A stretch of DNA of 32,116 bases from Burkholderiales bacterium (GTDB lineage Bacteria > Pseudomonadota > Gammaproteobacteria > Burkholderiales > Usitatibacteraceae), in the NCBI GenBank assembly GCA_031427615.1, contig JANPNU010000244.1:1-32116 (forward strand), written 5' to 3'. Numbering within the stretch: the stretch's first letter is position 1; each line of letters starts with the position of its first letter. Below are positions 30,148 to 32,116 of this stretch, piece after piece. The translations under genes and the position numbers were made by a program. The notes beneath the pieces are model-generated. The model did no database searches. It worked only from the letters and a program-made list of their open reading frames with translations, and was not told where the DNA came from.

Positions 30148-30459
30148 CTATTTTTGCAAACGTTTCAAAAATACAGTCATTTCTTTTGCGGCCTGTTTGT
30201 CACCTTTTTGGAGGGCGACAGCAACGCCGTTTTTATAAGCCGCAATAGCGAGAGGGATATTATTGTTCGCGGCATACGCCTTTCCGAGCAGTTTCCATGC
30301 AGCGGAATATCCTGGATCTTTTGCCACAGCCTCCGAAAGATTCAGTGCAGCACGATCAAAATCGCCAGCTTGCAAATAGGCATTGCCAAGTGAAAATCGC
30401 AACAGCGCCGAGTCGTTGCCGGTCGCCAATAGTTGCTCAAAATTTTTGATCATTACCAA
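30148..30459 (-). CDS. Small tetratricopeptide-repeat (TPR) protein
   Basis: 103 aa with two or three TPR-like units (LGNAYLQAGDFDRAALNLSEAVAKDP, AAWKLLGKAYAANNNIPLAIAAYKNGV). No other motif recognised. Confidence 0.7.
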   Translation of the reverse strand: MVMIKNFEQLLATGNDSALLRFSLGNAYLQAGDFDRAALNLSEAVAKDPGYSAAWKLLGKAYAANNNIPLAIAAYKNGVAVALQKGDKQAAKEMTVFLKRLQK

Positions 30460-30556
30460 GTTTCGTCCCCGTCCATTTTTCCGTCTGGATTATGCCCGAG
30501 TCGGGCTTTCGGTTATTATCACCGCTCAGCAAACAAACAATTAGCCGGGGGCTTAT

Positions 30557-32116
30557 ATGTTTCGAGTCGTTGACGCGTTCGCATTTTCAGTGTCATTTTT
30601 GCTGGTGACCACCAGTAACAATTTGTTGGCCCAAGCCAAATCGCGTGATGTCTCCATCGGTTTGCAGGCGGCGATCACATCTATTGATCCGCACTATCAC
30701 AATATTGGGCCGAACAATGGATTGTTGCGTCATGTGTTTGAAGCCTTGGTAAAAACGGATGATAACCAAAAGTTCATCCCGGGCCTCGCAACCTCCTGGC
30801 GCGCCATTGACGATTTAACTTGGGAATTTAAGCTGCGTAAAAATGTGCGTTTCCACGATGGCTCGCCGTTTACAGCCGACGATGTCTCTTTTACCTTGAA
30901 ACGAGTGCCGACCGTACCTAATAGTCCGTCATCATTTAGCACCTTTGTGCGTTCAATTGTTGACGTCAAAATTATCGATCCGCATACGGTAGTGCTGAAA
31001 ACGGCGACAGCAAACGTACTGTTGCCTTCGGATCTGTCCACTGTACTCATTGTTTCCAAAGCCGTTGGCGAAAAGGCCAATACTGAAGACTACAACTCCG
31101 GCCGCGCAGCCATTGGCACTGGCGCTTACAGATTTCAGGAGTACATGCCCAACCAAAAAATTATTCTCAAGGCAAATTACGGATATTGGGGCGGAGAGGA
31201 GCCGTGGGATGTGATCACCTTCAAAATGTTGACGAATCCGGCTGCCCGGGTGGCAGCATTGCTTTCTGGAGACGTGCAACTGATCGAGACCGTTCCAACT
31301 GCCGACATTGCCAAATTATCCAAAGATCCAAAATACAATCTTGCCGACAAAATTTCAAATCGCGTGATTTACGTGCACTTGAATCAAAGCACCGAAAAGT
31401 CACCGCCGTTTGTATTCGGCAAGGATGGCAAACCGCTCGACAAAAATCCGTTTCGTGACGCTCGCGTGAGAAAAGCGTTGTCGATGGCGATTAATCGCGA
31501 TGCAATCGTTTCACGGGTGATGGAAGGTAAGGCGCAGTCAGCCGCGCAATTGTTGCCAGATTTTTTCTATGGCACCAGCAAAAAGTTGAAACCAATGAAA
31601 TTTGATGTCGACGGTGCAAAGAAACTGCTGGCAGAAGCGGGATACCCCAATGGTTTTGCTATGACCCTTCACGGCCCCAATAACCGCTACATTAACGACG
31701 CCAACATTGCGCAGGCGTTGGCGCAGATGTACACGCGTATTGGCATAGATGTCAAAGTCGAAACGATGCCGTCCGCCGTTTATTTCACCCGCGCAACCAA
31801 GCTTGAGTTTGGCTATATGTTGCTCGGTTGGGGTACGGAATCGGGCGAACAGGGCTCTGCCATGCGTTCCCTGCTGGCCACGTTTGATTCCGCAAAGGGA
31901 ATGGGGGTAACCAATCGTGGTCGATATTCAAACCCGGCATTTGATGCCCTGCTGGCCACCGCGTTGGTAACAATGGACGACAAAAAAAGGGAAGTGGCAA
32001 TTATCAAGGCTGCGGAAATGGTCATGGCTGATGTCGGTCTGATCCCTCTGCATTACGAAGTGTCGACCTGGGCGGCGGCAAAGGGACTGAAATACACAGC
32101 ACGCACCGATCAATAC
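30557..32116 (+). CDS. ABC transporter periplasmic substrate-binding protein, family 5 (peptide/nickel, DppA/OppA-like); 3' end beyond the window
   Basis: My own translation from the ATG at 30557 stays open for 520 codons to the last base of the window, which is why the ORF track lacks it. Signal peptide MFRVVDAFAFSVSFLLVTTSNNLLAQA. Family-5 features: SIDPH, GLATSW, WEFKLRKNVRFHDGSPFTADDV, ARVAALLSGDV, RVRKALSMAINRD, GYPNGF. Confidence 0.88.
   Translation, partial: MFRVVDAFAFSVSFLLVTTSNNLLAQAKSRDVSIGLQAAITSIDPHYHNIGPNNGLLRHVFEALVKTDDNQKFIPGLATSWRAIDDLTWEFKLRKNVRFHDGSPFTADDVSFTLKRVPTVPNSPSSFSTFVRSIVDVKIIDPHTVVLKTATANVLLPSDLSTVLIVSKAVGEKANTEDYNSGRAAIGTGAYRFQEYMPNQKIILKANYGYWGGEEPWDVITFKMLTNPAARVAALLSGDVQLIETVPTADIAKLSKDPKYNLADKISNRVIYVHLNQSTEKSPPFVFGKDGKPLDKNPFRDARVRKALSMAINRDAIVSRVMEGKAQSAAQLLPDFFYGTSKKLKPMKFDVDGAKKLLAEAGYPNGFAMTLHGPNNRYINDANIAQALAQMYTRIGIDVKVETMPSAVYFTRATKLEFGYMLLGWGTESGEQGSAMRSLLATFDSAKGMGVTNRGRYSNPAFDALLATALVTMDDKKREVAIIKAAEMVMADVGLIPLHYEVSTWAAAKGLKYTARTDQY

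Overview
This looks like an ordinary chromosomal core region of a moderate-GC proteobacterium. The gene order is hemL-thiE-thiD next to rubredoxin-pilG-pilH-pilI-pilJ-chpA-uppP, then cytochrome c4 / engB / hemB, then mrcA divergent from pilMNOPQ-aroK-aroB. That order fits a Betaproteobacterium with Burkholderiales-like synteny; this is inference from memory, not a database search. I support 27 protein-coding genes. One of them, a family-5 ABC substrate-binding protein at 30557..32116, is absent from the ORF track because it runs off the window end. I found no rRNA, tRNA, CRISPR array, IS or transposase, prophage or recognisable defence genes. Two type IV pilus modules dominate: the Pil-Chp chemosensory operon (1971..12146, minus strand) and pilMNOPQ (23204..28236, plus strand). 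Cofactor, haem and cell-wall housekeeping genes lie between them. I do not see a convincing undescribed multi-gene system here. The best leads are modest. (1) A stand-alone GGDEF-domain protein has a destroyed active site (GDDKY) but an intact RxxD I-site, which makes it a candidate c-di-GMP receptor. (2) An uncharacterised 234-aa gene lies 6 nt downstream of mrcA and carries a nucleotidyltransferase-like GG-x12-ExE pattern. (3) A near-perfect palindromic element of about 174 nt sits at the left window edge. (4) The Pil-Chp operon lacks pilK/chpB, and its 2046-aa ChpA has one Hpt-like module with Ser at the phospho-acceptor position. Start codons are best guesses. Stop codons are read directly from the sequence.
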